Source: Acaryochloris marina S15 | GTDB taxonomy: Bacteria > Cyanobacteriota > Cyanobacteriia > Thermosynechococcales > Thermosynechococcaceae | Length of the DNA stretch: 24,000 nucleotides | Direction: 5' to 3' | Assembly: GCF_018336915.1 (NCBI RefSeq) | Contig: NZ_CP064923.1 | Location: 1,346,701-1,370,700, forward strand | In this document: in pieces, positions 9,856 to 19,523 of the stretch | Position numbering within the stretch: position 1 is the stretch's first letter | Layout of the letters: every line of letters begins with the position of its first letter | Made by a program: the position numbers and the translations under genes | Notes under the pieces: model-generated | Told to the model about the DNA's origin: nothing | Seen by the model: only the letters and a program-made list of their open reading frames with translations | Databases searched by the model: none

Positions 9856-10875
9856 CTAACGCATATTTTCTTTGCGTTCTTTTTTGCGATCGCGGGTGCC
9901 TGCTGCTGCCATTTCAGCATCCAATAAAGTTCGACCTGTGGCAGCCAGATAAACATCGTCCAAACTCGGACGGGCTTGGGCAATGCTGAAGATGGGCAAC
10001 CCGGCCTCTTTAAGGGCAGTTTGAATATTTAACAGGGCATCTCCTTGGGAAGAGACCACCATATTGAGTGAGTTGCCTTGGGCAGGGTTAATAATCACAT
10101 CCTGAACAAAGGGCAAGGCGGTGGTCATTTCCTGGGCCTGTTGTGCCTCTTGATCTGGGGTGAACTCCCGAATCTTAAGGGTGACTCGATCTCCCCCAAC
10201 TTGGTCTTTAAGTTCCGTGGGAGCTCCTTCGGCAATCACGGTACCTTGGTCAATGATGGCGACGCGATCGGCAAGGGCATCGATCTCTTCTAAATAATGG
10301 CTAGTCAGCAGAATCGTTGTGCCTCGCTCTCGCAGCCCTTGCAGGAAGTCCCAGATCACGACCCGACTTTCAATATCTAACCCTACGGTGGGTTCATCTA
10401 AAACTAAGACAGCCGGCGCATGCAAGAGACCAGCTGCCAGGTCTAGACGTTTACGAATGCCGCCAGAATAGGTTCCTGTTTTAGTGTCCGCCCAACTTTG
10501 TAAATCCAGAAGCGTTAAAACTTTTTCTACCTGGTCAGCAATCGTTTTGGCAGGTAAATGATAGAGGGCCGCTTGCAGTTGCAGCAATTCACGACCGGTT
10601 AGGACTTTATCCAGGGCTACTTCTTGGGCAATATATCCCAACAGTTGACGGGCAGCTCTGGGATATTTTCGCACAGAGACCCCATTCACCTCGATGTTGC
10701 CACCATCAGGTGTGGCTAAGCTGCATAGGCAACGCAAGGTTGTGGTTTTACCAGCACCATTGGGTCCTAGCAAGCCAAAAATCTCTCCCGGTTGAATTTG
10801 AAAGGAGACATCTTTAACTGCTTCAACCTTGCCGTAGGATTTTTTTAGGTTTTGGATGAGAACAGCAGGAGCCAT
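9856..10875 (-). CDS. ABC transporter ATP-binding protein (DrrA-like)
   Basis: Walker A GPNGAGKTT, signature YSGGIRKRL, Walker B VLVLDEPTVGLD and the H-loop TSHYLEE. A C-terminal extension typical of DrrA-family exporters is present. Confidence 0.9.
   Translation of the reverse strand: MAPAVLIQNLKKSYGKVEAVKDVSFQIQPGEIFGLLGPNGAGKTTTLRCLCSLATPDGGNIEVNGVSVRKYPRAARQLLGYIAQEVALDKVLTGRELLQLQAALYHLPAKTIADQVEKVLTLLDLQSWADTKTGTYSGGIRKRLDLAAGLLHAPAVLVLDEPTVGLDIESRVVIWDFLQGLRERGTTILLTSHYLEEIDALADRVAIIDQGTVIAEGAPTELKDQVGGDRVTLKIREFTPDQEAQQAQEMTTALPFVQDVIINPAQGNSLNMVVSSQGDALLNIQTALKEAGLPIFSIAQARPSLDDVYLAATGRTLLDAEMAAAGTRDRKKERKENMR
9886..9893. repeat. HIP1 octamer GCGATCGC
   Basis: Exact palindrome at the 3' end of the ABC ATPase gene. 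Confidence 0.95.
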
Positions 10876-11205
10876 ATAATCACAAATCTCAACAGGCAGT
10901 CTTTCTTATTTTATTACTGTGTCTACGATGCAATGGCATGAATCTTAGAAATTGCTAGTTGAGATTGGAGTTTTTGGGGCCATTCGCCACGAATGACTCC
11001 CGTTTATAAGGTTATAAATCGACGATATCTAGTCGGAATAAAGACATTGGATTATCAACGGCCTCTTTTTCTTCTTATCCTTTGTTTTAGGCAGCTTAAG
11101 TCTGTTTTTTGCTTAATATCGCCATAAGGCTTTAGGGAGAGAGGCACCTGTTAATCTGGCTAAAAAAAATTTAGATGGGGTAAATTCAGCATGAATTTTA
11201 TGACT

Positions 11206-12180
11206 TTAACCAATACTGGGTATCCAAGCTTGCAGGATATGAGTGGAGTGGTGCCACATCTGTTGAGTCCAGGGCAAGCTATCCACTCCCATGCCTGCGC
11301 AGAGCAGCATCATGTACAGAATCGAAAACTTAAAGACTGACCGGGCCATTTGCTTATCTTCTGGTGTTTGAGTCAGCTGCCAGGCTTTGTGAATAAACTG
11401 GGCCCAGAGCACAATGGCAATCGATGCGTATAGCGGGCCAGACACCTGTAAGGGATAGACCAGTAACAAAGTAACCGGTAACAACAGTAGCGTGTAGATA
11501 AAGGTTTGATTGGCAGTGGTGGCCATGCCTTTAACCACGGGCATCATGGGAACGCCAACTTTGGAGTAGTCCTCTTCAATCATCATGGCGAGAGGCCAAA
11601 AATGGGGTGGCGTCCAGATGAAAATGATGGCAAACAGTACCCAAGCCGCCCAGCTCAATTCTCCTGTGACAGCAGCCCAGCCAACTAAGGGCGGAATAGC
11701 CCCTGCAGCACCCCCAATGACAATGTTTTGGGTGGATGAGCGCTTGAGCCAGTAGGTATAGACGCCGATATAAACAGCGATACCCGCCATCGCTAGGCAT
11801 GCACTGAGGAGGTTCGCTCCAAAGTCCAAGAGCAGAAAGGCTATTAGAGCTAATGCTGCTGCAAAGATGCTGGCCTGCCAGACTTGGATTCGCCCAGAAG
11901 GAAGAGGACGATGCCGGGTTCGCTCCATGATGTAATCGATGTCGCGATCGTAAATACAGTTGATGGTATTCGCCGACCCTGCAGCACAAGCGCCTGCTAG
12001 CAAAGTCGTCAAAAATAATCTTGGGCCGACTTGTCCAGAGGAAGCAACCCACATAGCAGCTGCTGTTGTAATTAAGAACAACAGAATCAGCCGGGGTTTC
12101 GTCAGTTGATAGAAATCGATGCAGGTCTGAGCAAAACCAGGATGAAGCCAAGGAACCTCAGCCCATACGGTTTTTTGCAT
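11206..12180 (-). CDS. ctaB: Protoheme IX farnesyltransferase (heme O synthase)
   Basis: UbiA-family polyprenyltransferase motifs NCIYDRDIDYIMERTRHRPLPSGR and multiple TM helices. It sits next to ctaA and opposite ctaCDE. Confidence 0.95.
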   Translation of the reverse strand: MQKTVWAEVPWLHPGFAQTCIDFYQLTKPRLILLFLITTAAAMWVASSGQVGPRLFLTTLLAGACAAGSANTINCIYDRDIDYIMERTRHRPLPSGRIQVWQASIFAAALALIAFLLLDFGANLLSACLAMAGIAVYIGVYTYWLKRSSTQNIVIGGAAGAIPPLVGWAAVTGELSWAAWVLFAIIFIWTPPHFWPLAMMIEEDYSKVGVPMMPVVKGMATTANQTFIYTLLLLPVTLLLVYPLQVSGPLYASIAIVLWAQFIHKAWQLTQTPEDKQMARSVFKFSILYMMLLCAGMGVDSLPWTQQMWHHSTHILQAWIPSIG

Positions 12181-12241
12181 ATTTAAGCCTCTGAATAAAT
12201 TCCAAGATGGGGCAAGACGATAAAAATGAGTGTGAGAATGA

Positions 12242-13213
12242 TTAAGAAGGCTCTAAGGAGCCTGCCATTCTGATGGGCACGGTGTGTAAGGGCTGAACAT
12301 ATTCGGCCTGGTGACGATCCCGAATCGCGATAACGCTGAAGATCACTAAGGTGCCTAATAAAGTCGCTCCAATTGCCTGATGGGCAACAGTTAAACCTAC
12401 CACTTGTAGATGTAATCTTAGGGTCGATATGCCGACTAAGATTTGTAGGCTTAGCAAGCCTAAAGCAAGTTTCCCCAATCCCCTTAAACGCGGATGAAGT
12501 GCTGGGGTTCGCCAAGCCAAAAACACCAGCGCTAGAACAGCTAAGGTGGGAGGAACAACCCCAATAAAGTGGTTATACATAATCCGGCAGAGCTTTGCCC
12601 CTGCCAAACATTGGTGAGCAGCCCAACGAGAAGCGACTAAGCCACCGAGAATACTCTGGAAATAGATGAGGACTCCGGCTAGAGTGCTGAGCCAAGGCAA
12701 TCGATCAACCACTCCCGTTCCCTGATAGGGCATCAAACTACTGCCCAGCACCAACATGCTGCTAAAAAAGAGCAATCCCGTTGCCAAATGAGCGGTCACA
12801 ATATCGAATCGTAATAGTTGAGTGACCGTTAACCCTCCTAAAACGCCTTGGAAGATAATGAGTCCAAGACACAGGGTTGTCACGACCGGCACCCATTTGG
12901 GGAGTTGGGATTTCCACCGCCAGGTTGCTCCCACTAATGCCATCATCAATAGGCCAAGGGAGGAGGCAATCAGACGGTGAAACCACTCCAGAAAAACCTG
13001 GAGATTCATTTGGTCCTTGGGAATCAGCTCTCCGTAGCATAAGGGCCAATCTGGACAAGATAGCCCTGCATTCATCACCCGGGTTGCACTGCCTAAGGCC
13101 ATCAAAAACAGTGTCAATAGGGCCATGGCGAAAAATGCATAGCTGAAGAGCTGAGAAGGCGTTCTTCTCACTGAATGGGCACCTGGGGAGTGGGTCTGTA
13201 GTATGTCGGCCAT
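12242..13213 (-). CDS. ctaA: Heme A synthase (COX15/CtaA)
   Basis: 323 aa and polytopic. It has the conserved CPDWPLCYG motif and His-bearing helices (WFHRLIA, TAHLATG, VAHQAIG). It lies 61 nt upstream of ctaB on the same strand. Confidence 0.9.
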   Translation of the reverse strand: MADILQTHSPGAHSVRRTPSQLFSYAFFAMALLTLFLMALGSATRVMNAGLSCPDWPLCYGELIPKDQMNLQVFLEWFHRLIASSLGLLMMALVGATWRWKSQLPKWVPVVTTLCLGLIIFQGVLGGLTVTQLLRFDIVTAHLATGLLFFSSMLVLGSSLMPYQGTGVVDRLPWLSTLAGVLIYFQSILGGLVASRWAAHQCLAGAKLCRIMYNHFIGVVPPTLAVLALVFLAWRTPALHPRLRGLGKLALGLLSLQILVGISTLRLHLQVVGLTVAHQAIGATLLGTLVIFSVIAIRDRHQAEYVQPLHTVPIRMAGSLEPS

Positions 13214-13689
13214 GGATTATGTCAACAACGATAGGAAGAGGAGTGTAACCACATCAATGGTTATTAACTTTTAATAGTTCGCTACTAATAGGGATCTATC
13301 GAAGCTTGGTCAGGATAGATATACTGTAACCACTATTTCCCTGAGGCTGGAATGGTCTGAAACATATTGCTATACAAGTGTTGCAGCTTGCTTGACACTG
13401 TTGCAGATATTACCTTTTTTTAAGGGTTCTACTGAAAGGTAGAAAGACATTGACTTTTGTAAGGAAACTTTAAGGTACAGTTATCTCCAAATCTAGAATC
13501 AACTGCCAAGATGGAAGTATCTGTTGTCTTGTCAGGATCCCAAAGAAAAGCCTAAGACTGCTGATCAGAGTTCCACCTTACCGAGTGAGCTGATCTACCG
13601 TAGTAGGTGATGTTGAAGGTTCTGAATAGGTGTTTAAGGCTCCTTATTGTTTGGCCTGATGTCCGCTCTATCACTACAGGAAAATCACT
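13214..13689. promoter_or_regulatory. Divergent ctaAB / ctaCDE control region
   Basis: 476-bp A/T-rich gap between divergent start codons with no credible ORF. Exact promoter elements are not assignable by eye. Confidence 0.5.
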
Positions 13690-14679
13690 GTGAAAGTTCC
13701 AACGGCGATTCTCACCTTAATTATTGGGATTCTAATTACCCTTGCTAGCCTCTGGGTCAGTCAACACAATGATGTATTGCTGCCCATTGCTGCAGCATCT
13801 GAAGCAGCAGAAATCGATCGCTTATTTGCCGCGATGATGGCCATTGCCACGGGCCTATTTCTGATTGTTCAAGGGGCGTTGCTATATTCCTTATTGGCGT
13901 TTCGCCGTAAGCCTGATGATCAGACGGATGCTGCACCCGTGCATGGCAACATTCCTTTAGAGATTGTTTGGACTGCCATCCCTGCAATGTTAGTGCTCTG
14001 GTTGGGAATCTATAGTTTCGATGTCTATCAAAGTATCGATAGTGTGGGCACGATGGGATCTCACAATATGGCCCATCAGCATGGCGATATGGAAATGGCG
14101 GCTGGTTCAGATTCAGCCCAAATGGTTGCCGATCAAGGGCAGATGTCTTCAGATGCGCTTAGCCAAGCGATGGCGACTGAAACCCTTGCTCCTTTGCAGG
14201 TTAATGTAGATGGTTTGCAATATGCCTGGTTATTTACCTATCCCGATACGGGCATTATTTCCGGTGAACTCCATTTACCTGTTAATCGGCCAGTGACCCT
14301 TAACATTTCGGCGAGAGACGTGATTCATGCGTTTTGGGTGCCTGAGTTTCGCTTGAAGCAAGATGCGGTCCCTGGGCAGGTGACTCACTTGAATTTTCAG
14401 CCTACAAAAGAAGGGGTTTATCCGGTGATTTGTGCTGAGTTATGTGGTGCTTATCACGGAGCGATGAAAACCCGCTCCATTGTTCACTCTGCCCCTGAGT
14501 ATCAAACTTGGGTGGATAGTCAACTTGTGGCGAATACCTCAAGGGATACTATGGCTCAATCTGAAGGCTCGTCCCCCTTAGAACATCATGCTGCGGCTAT
14601 GGGCATGCCTGAACATTTGCATGACCTTTCACCCCAGTCGGATTTAGCTCAGGCTGGCAACTTCCCTTCAGAGTCATGA
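13690..14679 (+). CDS. ctaC: Cytochrome c oxidase subunit II
   Basis: Two N-terminal TM helices and a cupredoxin domain with the complete CuA ligand set (HAFWVPEF...CAELCGAYHGAM). GTG start; there is no nearby in-frame ATG. Confidence 0.95.
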   Translation: MKVPTAILTLIIGILITLASLWVSQHNDVLLPIAAASEAAEIDRLFAAMMAIATGLFLIVQGALLYSLLAFRRKPDDQTDAAPVHGNIPLEIVWTAIPAMLVLWLGIYSFDVYQSIDSVGTMGSHNMAHQHGDMEMAAGSDSAQMVADQGQMSSDALSQAMATETLAPLQVNVDGLQYAWLFTYPDTGIISGELHLPVNRPVTLNISARDVIHAFWVPEFRLKQDAVPGQVTHLNFQPTKEGVYPVICAELCGAYHGAMKTRSIVHSAPEYQTWVDSQLVANTSRDTMAQSEGSSPLEHHAAAMGMPEHLHDLSPQSDLAQAGNFPSES

Positions 14680-14745
14680 CAGCATTATTTATTTTGACGA
14701 TAAGACAACGATTTCTGTGATTACCCCGGGATAAAGGATTGATTT

Positions 14746-16413
14746 ATGACGGAAGCGCAAGCACCCCATCTAGAAGAAGTAGAGGTGACGCCTTGGCGCG
14801 AATACTTCAGCTTCAGTACTGACCATAAGGTGATTGGCATTCAATATCTGGTCACTAGCTTTGTGTTCTATCTGATTGGTGGACTCCTGGCTGAATTGGT
14901 ACGGACTGAGTTGGCTACCCCGGCTTCGGATTTTGTGCCACGGGAGACCTACAACGAACTGTTCACAATGCATGCCACGATCATGATCTTTTTGTGGATC
15001 ATCCCCACTCTTACGGGAGGATTTGGCAATTTTTTGGTGCCCCTGATGATTGGGGCTAGGGATATGGCCTTCCCGAAACTGAATGCGATCGCATTTTGGA
15101 TCATTCCGCCCACAAGCATTTTGTTGCTATGCAGTTTTTTTGTTGGACCCGCTGCTGCAGGTTGGACTTCCTATCCACCTTTGAGCCTCATTACCAACAA
15201 AGCTGGAGAAGCTATCTGGATTTTGGGCGTCATTCTCCTGGGGACTTCGTCGATTATGGCGGGGCTGAACTTCCTGGTCACCATCCTCAAAATGCGAATT
15301 CCCAGCATGACCTTGAATGATATGCCTCTCTTTTGCTGGGCCATGCTCGCCACTTCGGCTTTGCAGCTGATTGCGACTCCTGTTCTGACTGGTGCAATGG
15401 TGTTGTTAGGCTTTGACTTGTTGGTGGGGACCAACTTTTTCAATCCGGCGGGTGGTGGTGATCCGATTGTCTACCAGCATATGTTCTGGTTTTATTCCCA
15501 CCCAGCGGTTTACATCATGATTTTGCCGGCTTTTGGCTTAATCTCAGAAATTCTGCCGGTTCATGCTCGTAAGCCCATTTTCGGTTATCAAGCAATTGCC
15601 TATTCTAGTGTTGCCATTAGCTTTTTGGGATTAATTGTCTGGGCCCACCATATGTTCACGAGTGGCACCCCCGACTGGCTACGAATGTTTTTTATGATTG
15701 CCACAATGGTGATCGCCGTGCCCACGGGCATTAAGGTGTTTAGCTGGGTGGCAACGGTCTGGGGCGGCAAGCTGAACTTATGCAGCGCCATGCTGTTTGG
15801 GATGGCCTTTGTCTCCATGTTTGTTGTGGGTGGTCTGAGTGGGGTGATGGTAGCCTCAGTCCCCTTTGATATCCATGTGCACGATACCTATTTTGTTGTT
15901 GCTCACCTGCATTATGTGTTGTTTGGTGGCAGCGTGTTTGGCATCTATGCCGGGCTCTACCACTGGTTTCCCAAAATGACCGGGCGGATGCTGAATGAAT
16001 TTTGGGGAAAAGTGCATTTTGCCATGACCTTTGTGGGCTTCAATATTTGCTTTTTGCCGATGCATGTCTTGGGATTGCAAGGGATGAATCGCCGGATTGC
16101 CGAATATGATCCGAAGTTTGCGGCATTGAATTTAGTTTGCACGATTGGTTCATATATTTTGGCTGTATCGACGGTGCCCTTTATCGTCAATGCAATATGG
16201 AGTTGGATTGCTGGCCCCAAAGCTAATAGCAATCCTTGGAAAGGTCTCACTCTAGAGTGGACCGTTCCTTCTCCCCCCCCTGTAGAAAATTTTGAGGAAG
16301 ATCCAGTTCTAACCATTGGCCCCTATGACTATGGAACCCCTAAGGCCCTAGATTTTGTGGCGGCAACCCTAGCGCCACCGACCCCTGCCCTAGCAGGAGA
16401 AAGCTCAGAGTAA
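14746..16413 (+). CDS. ctaD: Cytochrome c oxidase subunit I
   Basis: 555 aa with 12 TM helices and heme-copper oxidase motifs (MFWFYSHPAVYIMILPAFG, WAHHMF, VAHLHYVLFGG). Confidence 0.97.
   Translation: MTEAQAPHLEEVEVTPWREYFSFSTDHKVIGIQYLVTSFVFYLIGGLLAELVRTELATPASDFVPRETYNELFTMHATIMIFLWIIPTLTGGFGNFLVPLMIGARDMAFPKLNAIAFWIIPPTSILLLCSFFVGPAAAGWTSYPPLSLITNKAGEAIWILGVILLGTSSIMAGLNFLVTILKMRIPSMTLNDMPLFCWAMLATSALQLIATPVLTGAMVLLGFDLLVGTNFFNPAGGGDPIVYQHMFWFYSHPAVYIMILPAFGLISEILPVHARKPIFGYQAIAYSSVAISFLGLIVWAHHMFTSGTPDWLRMFFMIATMVIAVPTGIKVFSWVATVWGGKLNLCSAMLFGMAFVSMFVVGGLSGVMVASVPFDIHVHDTYFVVAHLHYVLFGGSVFGIYAGLYHWFPKMTGRMLNEFWGKVHFAMTFVGFNICFLPMHVLGLQGMNRRIAEYDPKFAALNLVCTIGSYILAVSTVPFIVNAIWSWIAGPKANSNPWKGLTLEWTVPSPPPVENFEEDPVLTIGPYDYGTPKALDFVAATLAPPTPALAGESSE
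15085..15092. repeat. HIP1 octamer GCGATCGC
   Basis: Exact palindrome inside ctaD. Confidence 0.95.
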
Positions 16414-16460
16414 CTTGACTCTATTTAGTAAACCGGACATTTTAGCAATATTGGATAGCC

Positions 16461-17087
16461 ATGCAAGGTTCAACAACCGATCAAAATCAAGCCGATATTA
16501 CCTATGCAGCCACGGTAGAGACAACTGAGCATCATAGTGAACATCCCGATTTACGGCTTTTTGGGTTTATTGTCTTCCTCGTCTCAGAAAGCATGTTGTT
16601 TCTGGGACTCTTTGTGGCCTATTTCGCCTTCCGCGTGGTGACGCCTGAATGGCCACCCGAAGGCACTGAAGAACTTGAATTGATACTCCCTGGAATCAAC
16701 ACCATCATTTTGATTTCCAGTAGTTTTGTGATTCATAAGGCTGACACTGCGATTAAGCAGAGTGGGGATGTTAAAGCAGCCCGATTATGGTTTGCGATCA
16801 CCATTGCCATGGGGGCGACCTTCTTAGCCGGTCAGGTCTACGAGTACAACCATCTTGGATTTGGTTTAACCACCAACCTCTTTGCCAGTACCTTCTATTT
16901 GTTGACAGGCTTCCACGGACTGCATGTATTTGTAGGCTTACTGTTGATGTCATCAGTGTTGTGGCGTTCACGAGTTCCAGGTCACTATTCTGAAACCAGC
17001 CACTTTGGGATTGAGGCCACCGAAGTTTATTGGCACTTTGTGGACGTTATCTGGATTGTTTTATTCCTGATTTTGTATATCCTCTAA
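16461..17087 (+). CDS. ctaE: Cytochrome c oxidase subunit III
   Basis: 208 aa with TGFHGLHVFVGL and EATEVYWHFVDVIWIVLF, both typical of subunit III. It directly follows ctaD. Confidence 0.95.
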   Translation: MQGSTTDQNQADITYAATVETTEHHSEHPDLRLFGFIVFLVSESMLFLGLFVAYFAFRVVTPEWPPEGTEELELILPGINTIILISSSFVIHKADTAIKQSGDVKAARLWFAITIAMGATFLAGQVYEYNHLGFGLTTNLFASTFYLLTGFHGLHVFVGLLLMSSVLWRSRVPGHYSETSHFGIEATEVYWHFVDVIWIVLFLILYIL

Positions 17088-17130
17088 GGCCAGACCTTTT
17101 TTGAACAGGGCAGATGATTACTTTGTTTTG

Positions 17131-17152
17131 AGCCTTTGGATCATCAAAGGCT
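17131..17152 (+). other. Perfect 8-bp hairpin downstream of ctaE
   Basis: agcctttg (17131-17138) pairs with caaaggct (17145-17152) across a 6-nt loop. No U-tract follows it directly. Confidence 0.4.
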
Positions 17153-17173
17153 GAACCAATCATATGAATGCAC

Positions 17174-17226
17174 TGCAGATAAATCCTAATCTTTGCCAAA
17201 AAGTATTGGGTTTATCTGCATTTGTG
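17174..17226 (+). terminator. Probable ctaCDE terminator hairpin
   Basis: 13-bp stem, tgcagataaatcc (17174-17186) with gggtttatctgca (17208-17220), including one G-U pair. The loop is 21 nt and the stem is followed by tttgtgt. Confidence 0.5.
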
Positions 17227-17374
17227 TACTGAGAGCCTGCTAAAACGTTGAGTTTTGAACCCTCTGGATATCCAAGTAATGAAAGGGGCCACCCCAATTC
17301 CTACAGGCCTGAAGCAAGAATGCTGACCTCAATGCGATACTATTCCCTAGTTTGAAACTGGCACTGAATAATCT

Positions 17375-18241
17375 GTGGCAAATTTACCTCCCTGGCTGAT
17401 TCTAGATCCACTTCTACAAGCCTGGCTGGCTGAAGATATTGGCCGGGGCGATCGCACGACCCAGGCCCTCTGGCCTGCTGGGTCAGAAGCCGAGTGGGGG
17501 CAAGCTGAACTCCGTCTTAAGCAGCCGGGGGTCGTTGCGGGTTTGCCTTTGTTTCAGCGAGTATTCCATCTCCTGAGTTTCCAGGTGGAGATGCATTCTC
17601 TCGTTAAAGAGGGAGAGAACAGTTCTTCTGAGACCGTTGTTGCCCAGCTCCAAGGACCCATGAGTGCCTTACTGATGGGAGAGCGGGTCGCCCTGAACTT
17701 GATCATGCCGTTAAGTGGCATTGCCTCCCTAACTCGCACCTATGCCGATAAAATTGCCGATTTACCGACTCAGCTCGTTGATACTCGCAAGACGACACCT
17801 GGCCTGCGTATCTTAGAAAAATATGCCACCCAGGTCGGAGGAGCGATAAATCATCGCATGGGCTTGGATGACGCGGTGATGATTAAGGACAATCATATTG
17901 TTGCTGCTGGGGGAATTGGTGAAGCCGTTCGTCGCGTGCGTCAACAAATTCCGTTTCCCCTCGCCATTGAAGTGGAAACTGAAACATTGGAGCAAGTCCA
18001 GCAGGCTGTGGATAATCAGGCCGATATCATTATGCTGGACAATATGGCGGTTGAGCAGATGCAATCTGCCGTCAAACTGATTCGAACCCAATGTGCCCAC
18101 ACGGTCAAAATTGAAGCTTCGGGCAATATCAATTTACAAACGATTAGAGCGGTTGCCGAAACAGGCGTGGACTATATCTCTACGAGTGCCCCGATCACCC
18201 AAGCGAGTTGGTTGGATCTGAGCCTTAAGTTTATGGACTGA
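17375..18241 (+). CDS. nadC: Nicotinate-nucleotide diphosphorylase (quinolinate phosphoribosyltransferase)
   Basis: The N-terminal WLAEDIGRGDRTT, DTRKTTPGLR, MIKDNHI and IEVETETLEQV...DIIMLDNM are NadC signatures. GTG start. Confidence 0.93.
   Translation: MANLPPWLILDPLLQAWLAEDIGRGDRTTQALWPAGSEAEWGQAELRLKQPGVVAGLPLFQRVFHLLSFQVEMHSLVKEGENSSSETVVAQLQGPMSALLMGERVALNLIMPLSGIASLTRTYADKIADLPTQLVDTRKTTPGLRILEKYATQVGGAINHRMGLDDAVMIKDNHIVAAGGIGEAVRRVRQQIPFPLAIEVETETLEQVQQAVDNQADIIMLDNMAVEQMQSAVKLIRTQCAHTVKIEASGNINLQTIRAVAETGVDYISTSAPITQASWLDLSLKFMD
17448..17455. repeat. HIP1 octamer GCGATCGC
   Basis: Exact palindrome inside nadC, encoding the GDR of GRGDRTT. Confidence 0.95.
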
Positions 18242-18507
18242 TCAAGGCTTTTGAGGGGTTGAGCGACCGGTCAGGAAACAAAACTTAAAGATTGCTCTCA
18301 TTCAACCCTAAATATCTGATATCCGTAGGCTTGGAAAGGTTTTCAGAGGTTCTAATTCTGTTGTTTGAGCCAGAGGTTTGTTATCTGAACCCTGCTCGGT
18401 GGGTATGCAAGAATCAACAAACAGTGCGACCCGCTACGTTTTGCGGTTAACTTAGAATATCTTGATTACTGGACGATTTTTATTGTCTTACATGCAGGTC
18501 ATCCCCC

Positions 18508-19497
18508 ATGTCTGACCTTCCGTTTACGCTTGATCAACTCCGCATTCTCAAAGCAATTGCTGCGGAAGGGAGTTTTAAGCGTGCCGCTGATAGTTTATAT
18601 GTCTCTCAACCCGCCGTTAGCCTTCAAGTTCAGAACTTAGAGCGTCAGCTAGCCGTACCTCTTTTTGACCGAGGAGGACGACGAGCCCAGTTGACTGAAG
18701 CTGGCCATCTCTTGCTTGACTATGGCGATAAAATTTTAGCCCTTTGTCAGGAAACCTGCCGCGCCATTGAAGATTTGCAGAACCTGCAAGGGGGCACCCT
18801 CGTGATTGGGGCTAGCCAGACCACAGGAACGTATCTGATGCCGCGTCTAATTGGATTATTCCGTCAGGCCTATCCTGATGTAGCCGTCCAGCTTCATGTT
18901 CATTCCACTCGCCGCACGTGCTGGAGTATTGTCAATGGGCAAGTTGATTTAGCGATTATCGGCGGTGAAGTCCCGTTGGAATTGCAAGAATCCTTAACGG
19001 TGACTGCTTATGCTGAAGATGAGCTGGCCTTGATTTTGCCGAAGTCCCATCCGCTTGCTGAGTCTGCAGTGATTCAACGGGAAGATCTGTACAAGCTTAG
19101 CTTTATCACCCTGGATGCCCAGTCCACGATTCGCAAGGTGATTGATCAAATCCTAACGAGAGGCAACATCGATCCTCGTTTGTTAAAAATTGAAATGGAA
19201 CTGAATTCCATTGAAGCGATTAAGAATGCGGTTCAGTCGGGTTTAGGAGCTGCTTTTGTCTCCACATCTGCGATTGAGAAAGAACTTGAGTTGGGTAGTT
19301 TGAAGCGCGTAAAAATTGAGAATGTTGCTATAAAGAGGATATTATCTCTGATTATCAACCCCAATCGATATCGCTCCAAAGCGGCAGAGATTTTTATCTC
19401 CGAGATTTTGCCCAAGTTTAGTACTCTATCCTCAGACCTAAAAGGAATTGCGAACTCATCTGACGATGCCGAACTTGTTACCTCTGCCACTAACTAG
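18508..19497 (+). CDS. rbcR: LysR-family transcriptional regulator, RbcR/Ycf30 type
   Basis: The N-terminal [51 protein letters not shown]...[14 protein letters not shown] closely matches my recollection of cyanobacterial/plastid Ycf30 (RbcR). A LysR substrate-binding domain follows. Confidence 0.85.
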   Translation: MSDLPFTLDQLRILKAIAAEGSFKRAADSLYVSQPAVSLQVQNLERQLAVPLFDRGGRRAQLTEAGHLLLDYGDKILALCQETCRAIEDLQNLQGGTLVIGASQTTGTYLMPRLIGLFRQAYPDVAVQLHVHSTRRTCWSIVNGQVDLAIIGGEVPLELQESLTVTAYAEDELALILPKSHPLAESAVIQREDLYKLSFITLDAQSTIRKVIDQILTRGNIDPRLLKIEMELNSIEAIKNAVQSGLGAAFVSTSAIEKELELGSLKRVKIENVAIKRILSLIINPNRYRSKAAEIFISEILPKFSTLSSDLKGIANSSDDAELVTSATN

Positions 19498-19523
19498 TTT
19501 TTGCGAGTAGCTGCATATCTTCA

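Noticed and set aside
9783-9983. Track ORF 9783-9983(-), 66 aa, spanning the ABC ATPase/permease junction
   Set aside because: It overlaps the 3' end of the ATPase gene out of frame and has no recognisable features.
11182-11198. Possible ctaB terminator (aaattca-gca-tgaattt, with an A8 run at 11162-11169 on the plus strand)
   Set aside because: The stem is only 7 bp and almost entirely A/T with a 3-nt loop, and about 12 nt separate it from the T-run on the minus strand. It is energetically marginal.
11506-13146. Alternative-frame and antisense ORFs within ctaB and ctaA (e.g. 11576-12151, 12183-12515, 12762-13058, 12877-13146)
   Set aside because: They overlap confidently identified heme O / heme A synthase genes, and their compositions (Cys/Arg/Ser-rich) are not protein-like.
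13244-13406. Repeated short words in the ctaA/ctaC divergent region: tgtaaccac at 13244 and 13325, tgttgcag at 13379 and 13399
   Set aside because: In a 476-nt region about 1.7 chance repeats of an 8-mer and about 0.4 of a 9-mer are expected (C(469,2)/4^k). These are therefore not statistically distinguishable from noise, and I recognise no matching transcription-factor consensus.
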